Shown: positions 1 to 9,672 of the stretch, in pieces
Layout of the letters: each line of letters opens with the position of its first letter
How positions within the stretch are numbered: position 1 is the stretch's first letter
Origin: Polyangiales bacterium
GTDB taxonomy: Bacteria > Myxococcota_A > Polyangia > Polyangiales > Polyangiaceae
Direction: 5' to 3'
Length of the DNA: 64,000 nucleotides
Assembly (NCBI GenBank): GCA_038231275.1
Contig: JBBRLQ010000020.1
Span: 32,001 to 96,000 of the forward strand
Notes under the pieces: model-generated
What the model saw: the letters and a program-made list of their open reading frames with translations, nothing else
Database searches by the model: none
What the model was told of the DNA's origin: nothing
Translations under genes and position numbers: made by a program

Positions 1-8
1 CGCACGCG

Positions 9-1709
9 TCATCGCCACACCCGCGGCGTCACGTTGAGCGCGCGTGCGATCTTCGCGGCCCGCGCGTCATCTCCCTGCACCAGCCGAAATCGCCACACGA
101 CCGCCTCGTCGCCGTGCGCGGTCTCGTCGAGGAACGTCACGTCCCCCGCCGACGCGGTGATCTTCGCCGCCGTGTGCACGGACGCCTGGTCCTTGACGAC
201 GTACCAGCCGCCTCCGAGTCCCAACAGACCATCGGAGAGCGCGAGCTGAAAGTGCTCGAATTTCAGCCCATCCCTCTTCACGTGGACCGGCGCGTCCATG
301 AGGCCGGGCGTGTACACGACGTCGCCCATCACGCCCGGGAACGTCACCGCGAAGCTCCCGTCGGCGTCCTTTCCGGCGGGCGCTCGCGCCACGATCTCGA
401 AGTGCCCGTCCTCGACCTTGGTCGCGGTCACCGACGCGCCACGATCGCCGCCGTCGGCGGTGACCGCGATCGGCAAGGGGACACCGCCGCCAGGATCGGA
501 CGGTGGCGATCCCGAAGCCGCCGATCCATCCGCCGCATCGATCCATGCGCCACCTGCGATGCCGAGCTGCGCCTTGCCCTTGCCGATCACCTCGCGCGCG
601 ATGCGGAGCGCTTCGGTCGCGTGGGCGATGCCGTACTCGACCTCGCCGCGGAACGGGTTGATGCCGCTCGCGTCGCTCACCTCTCCAAGTGCGAGGAGCC
701 GCCACGCGTCGCCTATCTCCGGCGCGACGAGGCCCGCCCGCTTCGCCAGCGCCTCGGCGATCGTGATCTCGCGCTGCGCGAGCGCTTGGAGAGAGCGCAC
801 GTCGTTGTCGCGCTCGTCACGGAAGAAGACGCCACGCCCACCGAGCCACTTGTGGATCCCGTCGGTCGAATTCGGCTGCCACGTTCCATCGAGGAGCGGC
901 GGCGCGACGGGCGGCGAGGCGAGGATCCCGCGCAGCGCCTTCACGTAGCTCGAGACGGTCGTGATCGCGTACCCGTTCGCCTCGAGGCGGGCGAGCTTCG
1001 TCTCGTAGTCGCGCACGGCCTTCGCCGATTTTACGAAAATCGATGGGAAATACGGGTTGATTCCTCCCGTCGCGAGCAGCTCGCCGTCGTCGACGAACGA
1101 CCAGGTGACGTCGACCGTGTCGGCGCCGATCGTCTTCTTGAGATCGCGCGACGTGATCATCGATCGATCGCCGAACGCGTAGAGAGGCTCGGGCTCGGCG
1201 TCTCCGAGCTCGTAGGAGAAGAGGTTCTTCGGCCACACGAGGACGTCCTGTCCGTTGGCCTTCATCGCCGCAGCCATCCCGACGCCGGCCTGCCCTTCCT
1301 GACAGAACACGGCACCCGAGCGCGGGACGTGGTTGTCGAGAAAGACGCTGGCGTTTCGCGCGGCGCTTCGATCGAACGCGGCGCGCGGGAACGCGAGGAA
1401 CAGCTGATCGGAGTAGTGGAAGCTCATGACCTCGAGCTGTCCGCGGCCGGTCAACGTCTGGAGCTTCGCGAGCACGCTGGGATGACGTGCCGCGATCACC
1501 TCCAGCATGTACCCCTGCATCTCGACGTCGTGCCCCCAGGCCGGGTGGGCCAGGAAGAGATCGAGGACCGGCTCGAAGCTCTCCACGATGATCTGATCTT
1601 CGACCTGCTCGGCGGTGCGATCGTCCGCGGGGACGCCGAAGCCGGTCATTCCGCCGGCGACGTACTGCACGTTGAAATGCAAGACCGCGAGGGCCACCTT
1701 CAGGTTCAT
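9..1709 (-). CDS. Glycoside hydrolase family 57-like protein
   Basis: N-terminal LHFNVQY, then YMLEVIAARHPSVLAKLQTLTGRGQLEV. GAVFCQEG and VDDGE occupy the positions of the GH57 nucleophile Glu and acid/base Asp. ATG at 1709 chosen over the ORF start at 1745. Confidence 0.6.
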   Translation of the reverse strand: MNLKVALAVLHFNVQYVAGGMTGFGVPADDRTAEQVEDQIIVESFEPVLDLFLAHPAWGHDVEMQGYMLEVIAARHPSVLAKLQTLTGRGQLEVMSFHYSDQLFLAFPRAAFDRSAARNASVFLDNHVPRSGAVFCQEGQAGVGMAAAMKANGQDVLVWPKNLFSYELGDAEPEPLYAFGDRSMITSRDLKKTIGADTVDVTWSFVDDGELLATGGINPYFPSIFVKSAKAVRDYETKLARLEANGYAITTVSSYVKALRGILASPPVAPPLLDGTWQPNSTDGIHKWLGGRGVFFRDERDNDVRSLQALAQREITIAEALAKRAGLVAPEIGDAWRLLALGEVSDASGINPFRGEVEYGIAHATEALRIAREVIGKGKAQLGIAGGAWIDAADGSAASGSPPSDPGGGVPLPIAVTADGGDRGASVTATKVEDGHFEIVARAPAGKDADGSFAVTFPGVMGDVVYTPGLMDAPVHVKRDGLKFEHFQLALSDGLLGLGGGWYVVKDQASVHTAAKITASAGDVTFLDETAHGDEAVVWRFRLVQGDDARAAKIARALNVTPRVWR

Positions 1710-1802
1710 GGGCGGACGATACCTCGCGTCCGAGGACACCCACAAATCGTCCCGGACAGCCTCGGTGACGCAACTTCATCGAGAAATCGCGGACCGGCGA
1801 GC

Positions 1803-1818
1803 TGGCACGACGCTCGCT
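1803..1818 (+). promoter_or_regulatory. sigma54-type -24/-12 promoter
   Basis: TGGCACGACGCTCGCT (GG-N10-GC), about 30 nt upstream of the ATG at 1848. Confidence 0.55.
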
Positions 1819-1847
1819 CTCGGCCCTCCTCGAAGGAGTGCCCCGTC

Positions 1848-2648
1848 ATGGACCGTTCTCGTCTCGCCCTCGCCGCCCTCGTCGCCCTCGCGATCGTCGC
1901 CCTCTTCGCGTTGGCCACCTCTCTCGCCGCCTGCATGGGGACGGACGGCGGTCCGCCCTCCGGCGCCGGACCTGCGTTCGCCTCCGATGCATCGACCGAT
2001 GCCGATGGCGCAAAGGTCGACGCAGCGCCTCCGTCCGAGGACGACCGCGGCGAAGGATACGTGCACGCGCGCGGCTGCGTGAGGTGTCACCAGTCCACCG
2101 ACTCGGCCGACGGCGTCCTCTCGGGCAGCAGCACCCCACGCCCCGGCGCGCTCGCGTATCCGAAGAACCTGACGCCCGACTCGGAGACCGGGATCGGCGA
2201 CTGGAGCGATCGCCTCATTTTACGGGCGATCCGTGAAGGAGTCGACGCCGACGGCGCGCTCCTCTGCGCCACGATGCCGCGCTACGCCGAGATGGACGAC
2301 GACGAAGGGGCGGCGATCGTGGCGTACCTTCGTGCGCTCGCGCCGGTCCATCACGTCATTCCCGAGAGCAGGTGCGGCGGCGATCGCGGCGAGGCCGACG
2401 CAGGCGCGAACGACGCGGCGAGCGTCGACGCCGCGGCCGATGCGCCGGATTCTTCTGACGCCGGGAGCGATGCCGGGCACGACGCCGGCCCCGTGGTCTG
2501 CGTCGGCCTCGCCGGCCCCGGCACCAAGGCCTCGTGTCATGCGTGCGGCACGCGACCCTGCCAGGCCAACGGCTGCTACGGCGGCTGGGTCTGCGACACG
2601 CGCACCAACCTCTGCCAAACGTTCCCCATCGGGTGCACGGTCCTGTGA
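1848..2648 (+). CDS. c-type cytochrome lipoprotein with Cys-rich C-terminal tail
   Basis: GAAGGAG RBS; signal peptide with lipobox LAAC; heme motif CVRCH; AYPKNLTPDSETGIGDWS and MP axial-ligand segment typical of dehydrogenase-associated cytochromes c. Confidence 0.8.
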   Translation: MDRSRLALAALVALAIVALFALATSLAACMGTDGGPPSGAGPAFASDASTDADGAKVDAAPPSEDDRGEGYVHARGCVRCHQSTDSADGVLSGSSTPRPGALAYPKNLTPDSETGIGDWSDRLILRAIREGVDADGALLCATMPRYAEMDDDEGAAIVAYLRALAPVHHVIPESRCGGDRGEADAGANDAASVDAAADAPDSSDAGSDAGHDAGPVVCVGLAGPGTKASCHACGTRPCQANGCYGGWVCDTRTNLCQTFPIGCTVL

Positions 2649-2651
2649 TCG

Positions 2652-3437
2652 TCAACCTCCGCTGATCACCCTCACGGTCGTCGGCACCGCGCGCTGCGGC
2701 GCTGCGACGCCGTAGTACGGAACGTCGACGACGACCGTGTATTTCCCGCCCCACAGCGGTCGCGGCGCCGTCTTGGGGACGATGCGATGGCCGGCGTCGT
2801 CCTCGAACGGCGGATACGGCGCGGGGATCGCCAGCGCGAGCCACACGAACGAGTGCGTGAGCGTCGCCTGCGGCGCGAGCACGATGCGGTAGAGGCGCGA
2901 GGGCGGAGGCGCCGCCGGCGGTACGAGGCGCAACTGGTCGACGTTGATCTCGCGCGCGTCGAGCGTCTTCATCGCGAAGCGCGCCTTGAAGCCTTCGGAC
3001 TGCACGCCCCGCGGCGGCGAGAGGCCGGTGAGGAGCGTCCAATCGTAGTGTGCGCCCGATCCCGGCGGCTCCCCTTCCAGGACGAGCACGACCGGTCGCT
3101 TTCCGGTATTCGCGATCGACAGGCGCAGGTTGATCTGCCCGCCGCCAATCGTCTCGCGCGCGTCGGGCGTGAGCGTCGCGACGAGGACGCGGAGCGACGC
3201 CAGCGTCTCTTGCGGATCGGCGCTCGGCACGATGCACGTCTCGTCAGACTCCACGCCCGCGATCGCACCCGCGCGACGGCAGCCGGGGCCGAGCCCGTCG
3301 TTCTGCTCGCTTTTGTCGGAGCGCGCGACCGAGCCAACGTCAGAGCCCGCGTCGGTGGCCCGCGCCTCCCGAGGCGGGTCGCACCCGAGGCCGGCCGCGA
3401 GGAAGATCGCCGCCCCGGCTCTTCCCCGCCGCGCCAA
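2652..3437 (-). CDS. Hypothetical lipoprotein
   Basis: Lipobox-like AGLGC after a hydrophobic stretch; follows the 3447 gene with a 9-nt gap. Confidence 0.6.
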   Translation of the reverse strand: MARRGRAGAAIFLAAGLGCDPPREARATDAGSDVGSVARSDKSEQNDGLGPGCRRAGAIAGVESDETCIVPSADPQETLASLRVLVATLTPDARETIGGGQINLRLSIANTGKRPVVLVLEGEPPGSGAHYDWTLLTGLSPPRGVQSEGFKARFAMKTLDAREINVDQLRLVPPAAPPPSRLYRIVLAPQATLTHSFVWLALAIPAPYPPFEDDAGHRIVPKTAPRPLWGGKYTVVVDVPYYGVAAPQRAVPTTVRVISGG

Positions 3438-3446
3438 CCCCCTCCC

Positions 3447-4121
3447 CTACTTTCCGCCGTAGAAGACGAAGCGGCCACCCAGGAGCGCGCCGTGTCGCTC
3501 GATCGAGCGCGAAGTGGTCACGTCGTATTCGAGCGCCGGCCCTGTCGCGAGGTGTCCGCCCAAGAGCTTCACGAGCGACCACTCGTAGAAGACCCCGGCG
3601 CCGATGAACGACTGCGCGCCATCTGCGTCGGGATAGTTCCCGGGGACCTTCACGTGGAGCGTCGTCGCGCCGATCCCGAGCTGCGTGAAGACGCCGAGAT
3701 CGGCAAGCGCCGGGACGAGGCGAAGAAGCGGGAAGGCCTCGACGCGAAATCCGCCGCCGCCGCCCGACGATCGCCACGTGGAGCTCTGGTACGTGCCGCC
3801 GCCGAACCACAGCCCGAAATTGACGTAGTCGGTGAGCGCGCCCATCACGAAGAAGGAGCCGCCGCTGCCCGTCATCAAATCGCTCGACGAGTAGAACGCG
3901 GGATCGCCTATTTTCGTCGCGCCGTTGGGATAGCCGCTCGATCCCGCGACGCCGAAGCCGCCGCTCATTCCGAGGACGACACCGGCGCGTCGATCGTTGG
4001 GCGCGTCGAGCGACGTCGCGGGCTCCTCGGCGGCGTTCGCGACGCGCGGCACGAGCGTTACCGCCGGCGCCACGGGTACGAGCACGACGATCGCGAGGCC
4101 GAGGAACCGCTTCACGTGCAC
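3447..4121 (-). CDS. Putative outer-membrane beta-barrel protein
   Basis: Signal peptide (..ANA/AEE); Gly- and aromatic-rich alternating beta strands; C-terminal GGRFVFY. Confidence 0.6.
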   Translation of the reverse strand: MHVKRFLGLAIVVLVPVAPAVTLVPRVANAAEEPATSLDAPNDRRAGVVLGMSGGFGVAGSSGYPNGATKIGDPAFYSSSDLMTGSGGSFFVMGALTDYVNFGLWFGGGTYQSSTWRSSGGGGGFRVEAFPLLRLVPALADLGVFTQLGIGATTLHVKVPGNYPDADGAQSFIGAGVFYEWSLVKLLGGHLATGPALEYDVTTSRSIERHGALLGGRFVFYGGK

Positions 4122-4142
4122 GAGGTTACCGCAAAACCTCGC

Positions 4143-4580
4143 TCAGCCAACGGCCTTGCCGGCGAGCTCGACGCCCCCTTCGAGGCACATGAGGCGAACG
4201 CGCCCCGTCGACAGCGTCTTTCCGTCGGCGTCGGTGACGACGGCCTCCCACACCTGCGTGCGCCGGCCGCGCGTCACGGGGCGCGCCGTCACGCGAATGA
4301 GCCCTTCGCGCGCGGCGCGGATGAACGACGTCGCGTTCTCGAGCCCGACGACCGACATGCCGCGCGCCATCGCGTGAACGGCGGCGCCGGTCGAGCACGC
4401 GGCCTCGATGATCCCGCAATGGAGACCGCCGTGGACGATGCCGTACGGTTGGAGGTGCTGGGGGCCGACGGTCAGCTCACCGACGACGAGCTCCTCGGTG
4501 GCCGTCTTCAGGGTGAGGCCCATCGCCGTGTTCCAGCCGCCGAGCTGCTGGTTCAACATCGCCGCAAGGTCTTCGCTCAT
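4143..4580 (-). CDS. PaaI-family hotdog thioesterase
   Basis: HLQPYGIVHGG..IIEAACS motif; SFIRAA and RGRRTQVW segments; ATG at 4580. Confidence 0.85.
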   Translation of the reverse strand: MSEDLAAMLNQQLGGWNTAMGLTLKTATEELVVGELTVGPQHLQPYGIVHGGLHCGIIEAACSTGAAVHAMARGMSVVGLENATSFIRAAREGLIRVTARPVTRGRRTQVWEAVVTDADGKTLSTGRVRLMCLEGGVELAGKAVG

Positions 4581-4650
4581 CGACGCCAACGTTAGCGCAT
4601 GCGCCCGCGAGGGTCGACGACGGCCTGTCGACGTTCTATACCGGGAAACC

Positions 4651-5907
4651 ATGACCGAACGGGATCCCGCGCTCCAGGCCTCCGATCCGGAAATTGCGAA
4701 GCTCATCGCCGACGAGAATCGCCGCGAGCACGAGACGATGCGCCTCATCGCGAGCGAGAACTACGCGTCGCGCGCGGTCATGGAGGCGACCGGCTCGGTC
4801 CTTACGAACAAGTACTCCGAGGGGTACGCGAAGAAGCGCTACTACGAGGGGCAGCAGGTCATCGACCAGGTCGAGGAGCTCGCGATCGCGCGCCTCAAGA
4901 AGCTCTTCGGCGCCGAGCACGTGAACGTGCAGCCGTACTCCGGTAGCCCCGCGAACCTCGCCGTGTACCTGGCGTTCTGTAAGGCGGGCGACACGATCAT
5001 GGGCCTCGGCCTCCCCGCCGGCGGTCACCTCACGCACGGCTGGCCGGTGTCGATCACCGGCAAATACTTCAAGAGCGTCCCCTACGGCGTGAAGAAGGAC
5101 GATCACCGCATCGACATGGACGAGGTGCGCAAGCTCGCCAAGGAGCACCAGCCCAAGCTCCTCTGGTGCGGCACCACCGCGTACCCGCGCACGATCGACT
5201 GGCAGGCGTTTCGCTCGATCGCCGACGAGATCGGCGCCGTCCTCGCCGCGGACATCGCGCACATCTCCGGGCTCGTGTGCGGCGGCGCCCACCCTTCGCC
5301 GGTCGGCATCGCGGATGTCGTCACGTCGACGACCCACAAGACGTTCCGCGGCCCGCGCGGCGGGATGATCTTCTGCAAGGCGCAGCACGCGTCGGCCATC
5401 GACAAGGCCGTTTTCCCGGGCCTCCAGGGCGGTCCGCACAACCACACGACCGCCGGCATCGCCGTCGCCGCGAACGAGGCGCTCCAGCCGAGCTTCAAGA
5501 CGTACGCGCAGGCCATCGTCGACAACGCGCGCACGCTCGCGACCGAGCTCACGGCGCGTGACTTCAAGCTCACGACCGGCGGAACCGACAACCACTTGAT
5601 GGTCGTCGATCTCACGAACAAGAACGTGTCCGGCAAGATCGCCGCGCAGGCGCTCGACAAGGCCGGCATCGTGCTCAACTACAACTCCGTCCCCTTCGAC
5701 CCGCGAAAGCCGTTCGACCCGTCGGGCGTGCGCCTCGGCACCCCCGCCGTCACGTCGCGCGGAATGGGCAAGGACGAGATGAAGAAGCTCGCCGACTGGA
5801 TGGACCGCGTCGTCAAAGCGCCCACCGACGACGCGCAGCTCGCCAAGATCGCCGGCGAAGTGCGTGAGGTCTGCGCGCGCTTCCCCGCCCCCGGCTTGCG
5901 CATCTGA
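4651..5907 (+). CDS. glyA: Serine hydroxymethyltransferase
   Basis: LIASENY, NKYSEGY, GGHLTHG, TSTTHKTFRGPRGG (PLP Lys), VFPGLQGGP, SGVRLGTPA. Confidence 0.98.
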   Translation: MTERDPALQASDPEIAKLIADENRREHETMRLIASENYASRAVMEATGSVLTNKYSEGYAKKRYYEGQQVIDQVEELAIARLKKLFGAEHVNVQPYSGSPANLAVYLAFCKAGDTIMGLGLPAGGHLTHGWPVSITGKYFKSVPYGVKKDDHRIDMDEVRKLAKEHQPKLLWCGTTAYPRTIDWQAFRSIADEIGAVLAADIAHISGLVCGGAHPSPVGIADVVTSTTHKTFRGPRGGMIFCKAQHASAIDKAVFPGLQGGPHNHTTAGIAVAANEALQPSFKTYAQAIVDNARTLATELTARDFKLTTGGTDNHLMVVDLTNKNVSGKIAAQALDKAGIVLNYNSVPFDPRKPFDPSGVRLGTPAVTSRGMGKDEMKKLADWMDRVVKAPTDDAQLAKIAGEVREVCARFPAPGLRI

Positions 5908-5909
5908 TC

Positions 5910-6893
5910 GTGCACCGAGCCCGCGAACGGCTCGTCGCGACGCTGCTCACGCTGCTCCTCGGCGCACTCGCGGTGGGCTGCCCGGGCCGCCCGCCCGCGC
6001 CTCCGCGCCCGCCCGCGCCGAAGCCCGCGCCGCCACCGCCGATCCCCGACGAGGAAGACTTCGTCCCGCCCCACGTCGAATTCGAGCCAAAATGGCGGGG
6101 CGCGAGCTTCGCGCCGTACCTCGTTCCGAAGATCGATTTCGCGAAGACGGGCGGCGCGGTCGACGTGATGTTCCAGTTCCACGCCGGAATGATGAGCGAG
6201 AAGGACTGGCGCGCCGCGGGTCTGCCGGCCGTCGTGATCAGCGCGGCGTTCGGAATGGGCAGCGGTCCCTACGAGGAGGCGCTCCGCGATCCCGCGCGCT
6301 TCGGCCGATGGATCGACGAGGTCCTCGGCAAGCTCGGACGCTCCGTCGGCACCTCCCTCCACTTGCGGCGCCTCGGCGTCGTCTCCTTCTCGGCCGGCTT
6401 CGGCGCGGTCGGCAAGCTCCTCCGCCAGGGCTACGCCGACAAGCTCGACGCGCTCATCCTCCTCGACAGCATCCACACGCCGTACACGAAGGAGAAGAAG
6501 CCCGACGTGCACGGCCTCGCTCCGTTCATCGAGTTCGCGGCGCTGGCGAAGGACAAGAAGAAGGTGTTCGTCATGACGCACTCGTCGATTCGCCCGTACG
6601 ACTACGCGAGCAGCACGGAGTCCGCGCTCGCCGTCCTCGACGCGGTCGGCGTGACCACGACGCCATTGTCGGGCAAGAACGCGCACGGCATGGAGCAGAC
6701 GTACCGCGCCGACGCAGGCGCCTTGCACGCGTTCGGCTTCAAGGGCGAGGCGGCGAAGGATCACATGGATCACCTCGGCCTCGTCGCCGACATGGTACGA
6801 ACGTACGTCGCGAAGAGGTGGGCGCGCATGGACGCCGTCGACCAACGAAGCGCCGACGCAAACCTCGACACGGAAGGAAGAGACCCTCGATGA
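5910..6893 (+). CDS. Lipoprotein with alpha/beta-hydrolase-like fold
   Basis: Lipobox AVGC, Pro-rich linker, VSFSAG nucleophile-elbow-like motif, LLDSIH, C-terminal DHMDH. Confidence 0.6.
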   Translation: MHRARERLVATLLTLLLGALAVGCPGRPPAPPRPPAPKPAPPPPIPDEEDFVPPHVEFEPKWRGASFAPYLVPKIDFAKTGGAVDVMFQFHAGMMSEKDWRAAGLPAVVISAAFGMGSGPYEEALRDPARFGRWIDEVLGKLGRSVGTSLHLRRLGVVSFSAGFGAVGKLLRQGYADKLDALILLDSIHTPYTKEKKPDVHGLAPFIEFAALAKDKKKVFVMTHSSIRPYDYASSTESALAVLDAVGVTTTPLSGKNAHGMEQTYRADAGALHAFGFKGEAAKDHMDHLGLVADMVRTYVAKRWARMDAVDQRSADANLDTEGRDPR

Positions 6894-7447
6894 GCCAACC
6901 GCCGAACTATCCGTATCCGCCGGGAACGCAGGGGCAACCGAAGAAGGGCGGGATGGGGATCGTCGCGATCATCCTGCTCGTGGTGCTCGGCGCCGTGGTG
7001 GTCATCGGGGGCATCCTCGCGGTGCTCGCGATCTACGGCACGCGCAAATACATCAGCGCGGCGAAGCAGACCGAGGCCAGGTCCGCGCTCTCGCAAATCG
7101 GATCGCTCTCGAAGGCGGCGTTCGCGCGCGACGGTAAGATCTGCCCCTCGGCCAGCAAGCCCGTCCCGTTCGCCGGCGTCCCGAAGGCGGCGAAGTACCA
7201 GTCGATGCCCGCGGACTGGGAGGCCGACAAGGCGGCGAACGCCGGCTTTGCGTGCCTCGGCTTCGAGATGTCGATGCCGCAGTACTACCAGTACGACTAC
7301 AAGGCGACGGCGACCGGCTTCACGGCGACGGCGCGCGGCGATCTCGACGGCGACGGCGTCACGAGCGAGCTCTCGCTCGAAGGCAAGATCGTCAGCGGCA
7401 ACCTCGAGGTGGCGCCGGTGCTCAAGGAGACGAACGCGGCCGAGTGA
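6890..7447 (+). CDS. Type IV pilin-like membrane protein without a prepilin cleavage site
   Basis: GILAVLAIYGTRKYISAAKQTEARSALSQI resembles the pilin alpha1 helix; FTATARGDLDGDG resembles the deltaproteobacterial pilin C-terminus; ATGA overlap with the upstream gene. Confidence 0.7.
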   Translation: MSQPPNYPYPPGTQGQPKKGGMGIVAIILLVVLGAVVVIGGILAVLAIYGTRKYISAAKQTEARSALSQIGSLSKAAFARDGKICPSASKPVPFAGVPKAAKYQSMPADWEADKAANAGFACLGFEMSMPQYYQYDYKATATGFTATARGDLDGDGVTSELSLEGKIVSGNLEVAPVLKETNAAE

Positions 7448-7489
7448 CACGCCACCACGCCGGTCTCGGCGCTCGGCGGTTCTTGGTGC

Positions 7490-7843
7490 TCAGCGCCGCT
7501 TGATGAACTTCCCGCGCGCTTCGGGGTGCTCGTTCTCGAAGGCTTGCAGGCTCTCCTGGGTGATCTCCACCTCGAGGTCGCCGTCCTTCTCGATCTTGGA
7601 CTGACACCCGAGGCGCGACGAGGCGCGCACGTCGAAGGCCTTGTCGAGGATGTCGTTCTCCTCGTCTTCCATCTCGCTCAAGAGCTCCGAGCCTTTGTGC
7701 ACGTAGACGTGGCACGTCGAGCACGCGCAGACGCCGCCGCACGCGTAGCCCTCCGGCGCGCCGACTTTTTGCGCGGCCTCGAGGATCGACGAGCCGACGG
7801 GAGCCTCGGCCTCGCCGTAGCCGATGAACTTGATGCGCGCCAT
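7490..7843 (-). CDS. fdx: ISC-type [2Fe-2S] ferredoxin
   Basis: ACGGVCACSTCH...SRLGCQ; last gene of the isc operon; TGATG overlap with hscA. Confidence 0.93.
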   Translation of the reverse strand: MARIKFIGYGEAEAPVGSSILEAAQKVGAPEGYACGGVCACSTCHVYVHKGSELLSEMEDEENDILDKAFDVRASSRLGCQSKIEKDGDLEVEITQESLQAFENEHPEARGKFIKRR

Positions 7844-9672
7844 CAGCCCGACACCTCGGTCGCGACGTCGTCGACCTTGCGACCTTCGAACGCCTTGGCG
7901 ATCGCGCGGTTCATGCGGCGCGTCGCGAACTCTTTGCTCGCGAGATCGAGCGCCTCGATGGCCGAGTGCATCTTCGCAGGCTCCGCGCCGCGCGCCGCTT
8001 CTTCCGCGTCGCGAATGGCGGCCTCGATGTGTGCGCGCTCGCCCGCCACGAGGAGGGCCTGGTCGGTGTCGATCGCCTTCTTGGTCGCGGCGACGATGCG
8101 GTGCGCTTCCATGCGTTCCTCGGCGACGCGGCGCGCGAGGAGGTCCTCTTCGCCGTGGTCGAGGGCGTCCATGAGCATCTTCTCCACCGCCTCGTCGTCG
8201 AGACCGTAGGACGGTTTCACGGCGACGGTCTGCTCGATGCCGGTCGTCACCTCTTTGGCGTGCACGGAGAGGAGGCCGTCGGCGTCGACCTTGAGCTCCA
8301 CTTCGAGCTTGGCCATCCCGGCGGCCATCGGCGGGATGCCCTTCAGCGTGAAACGGGCGAGGCTGCGGCAATCGGCCACTAGCTCACGCTCGCCCTGCAC
8401 GACGTGGATCTCGAAGCCGGTCTGCTTGTCCTCTTGCGTCGTGTAGGTTGCGCGCGCGCCGGTGGGGATGGTCGTGTTGCGCGGGAGGATCTTGTCGACG
8501 ATGCCGCCGCCGACCTCGATGCCCAGCGAGAGCGGGAGCACGTCGAGGAGGAGCACGTCGTCGTTCGAGCTGCCCGCGAGCAAATCCGCTTGTACGGCAG
8601 CGCCGAGCGCGACGACCTTGTCGGGATCGATGTCGGCGAGCGGAGCCTTGCCGAAGAGCTTCTCTACATAGGCGCGCACCGCCGGCACGCGCGTCGAGCC
8701 GCCGACGAGGATGACGCCATCGAGCTGCGCAGGCTTGATTCCAGCGTCTTTCAGCGCACGACGGCACGCTACGCCGGTGCGCTCGAGGAGCGGGTGCACA
8801 AGCTCATCGAAGCGGGCGCGCGTGAGCGTCACGCCCTCCACCTCGACCGCCTGCGCGCCAGTGAGCGTGTGCTTCATCTGGCGTGCGAGATCGAGCGCCG
8901 CGCGGATCTCGGAGGGCGAGCCCCCCTTCGCCCCGAGCACTTGCTCGGCCACCGCGCGATCCATGTCGTCCCCACCGAGCGCGCTGTCGCCACCCGTCGA
9001 CTTCACCTGAAAGACGCCGTCCTCGAGGAGGAGGATCGTCACGTCGAACGTCCCTCCGCCGAGATCGTAGACGCAGAAGAGGCCGTTCTTCTTCTTCTCG
9101 AGCCCGTACGCGAGCGCCGCGGCCGTCGGCTCGTTCAGGAGACGGAGCACGTCGAGGCCGGCGAGGCGCCCGGCGTCTTTGGTGGCCTGGCGCTGCGCGT
9201 CGTCGAAATACGCGGGCACCGTGATGACGACACCGCCGACGTTCGTGAGCTCGTCCTCCGCCCGGCGCTTCAGGGCGCGCAGAATGTCCGCGCTCACCTC
9301 GACCGGCGTGACGTCGCGCCCTCGCACCCGAAAGCGCACGACGTTGGGCTCGCCCGGCTTCGTCTCCGCGAACTCGTACGGCCCCAGGCGCCGCGTCTCC
9401 GGATCGTCGGCGCCGCGGCCCATGAAGCGCTTCACGCTGACGATCGTCTCACGCGGCTCCATCGCGGCGCGCGCAGCGGCGAGTCGTCCGACGGTCACCT
9501 CTCCCTTGGGCCCGTAGTTGACGACGCTCGGCACCAAGAAGTCCTGATCGCAGTCGGCGATCGCGGATGGGTGCTCGTTCTGGACGAACGCGACGAGCGA
9601 GTTGGTGGTGCCCAGATCGATGCCGATCGGCTTCGGGGGGGCCTTGGGGTCATAGATCTCAAGCAGCGCCAT
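7843..9672 (-). CDS. hscA: Fe-S assembly Hsp70 chaperone HscA
   Basis: GIDLGTTNS, TVPAYFDDAQRQATKDAG, DLGGGTFD, VVALGAAVQADLL; lies between hscB and fdx. Confidence 0.95.
   Translation of the reverse strand: MALLEIYDPKAPPKPIGIDLGTTNSLVAFVQNEHPSAIADCDQDFLVPSVVNYGPKGEVTVGRLAAARAAMEPRETIVSVKRFMGRGADDPETRRLGPYEFAETKPGEPNVVRFRVRGRDVTPVEVSADILRALKRRAEDELTNVGGVVITVPAYFDDAQRQATKDAGRLAGLDVLRLLNEPTAAALAYGLEKKKNGLFCVYDLGGGTFDVTILLLEDGVFQVKSTGGDSALGGDDMDRAVAEQVLGAKGGSPSEIRAALDLARQMKHTLTGAQAVEVEGVTLTRARFDELVHPLLERTGVACRRALKDAGIKPAQLDGVILVGGSTRVPAVRAYVEKLFGKAPLADIDPDKVVALGAAVQADLLAGSSNDDVLLLDVLPLSLGIEVGGGIVDKILPRNTTIPTGARATYTTQEDKQTGFEIHVVQGERELVADCRSLARFTLKGIPPMAAGMAKLEVELKVDADGLLSVHAKEVTTGIEQTVAVKPSYGLDDEAVEKMLMDALDHGEEDLLARRVAEERMEAHRIVAATKKAIDTDQALLVAGERAHIEAAIRDAEEAARGAEPAKMHSAIEALDLASKEFATRRMNRAIAKAFEGRKVDDVATEVSG

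Noticed and set aside
114..1847. Long upstream extensions of ORFs (114-2648, and likewise 4408, 5864, 18691, 20385, 53429, 54463, 57996)
   Set aside because: The extensions overlap other genes and precede clear downstream starts with an RBS, signal peptide or family N-terminus.
2530..2550. Second heme motif in the cytochrome (SCHACG)
   Set aside because: It is CxxCG, not CxxCH.
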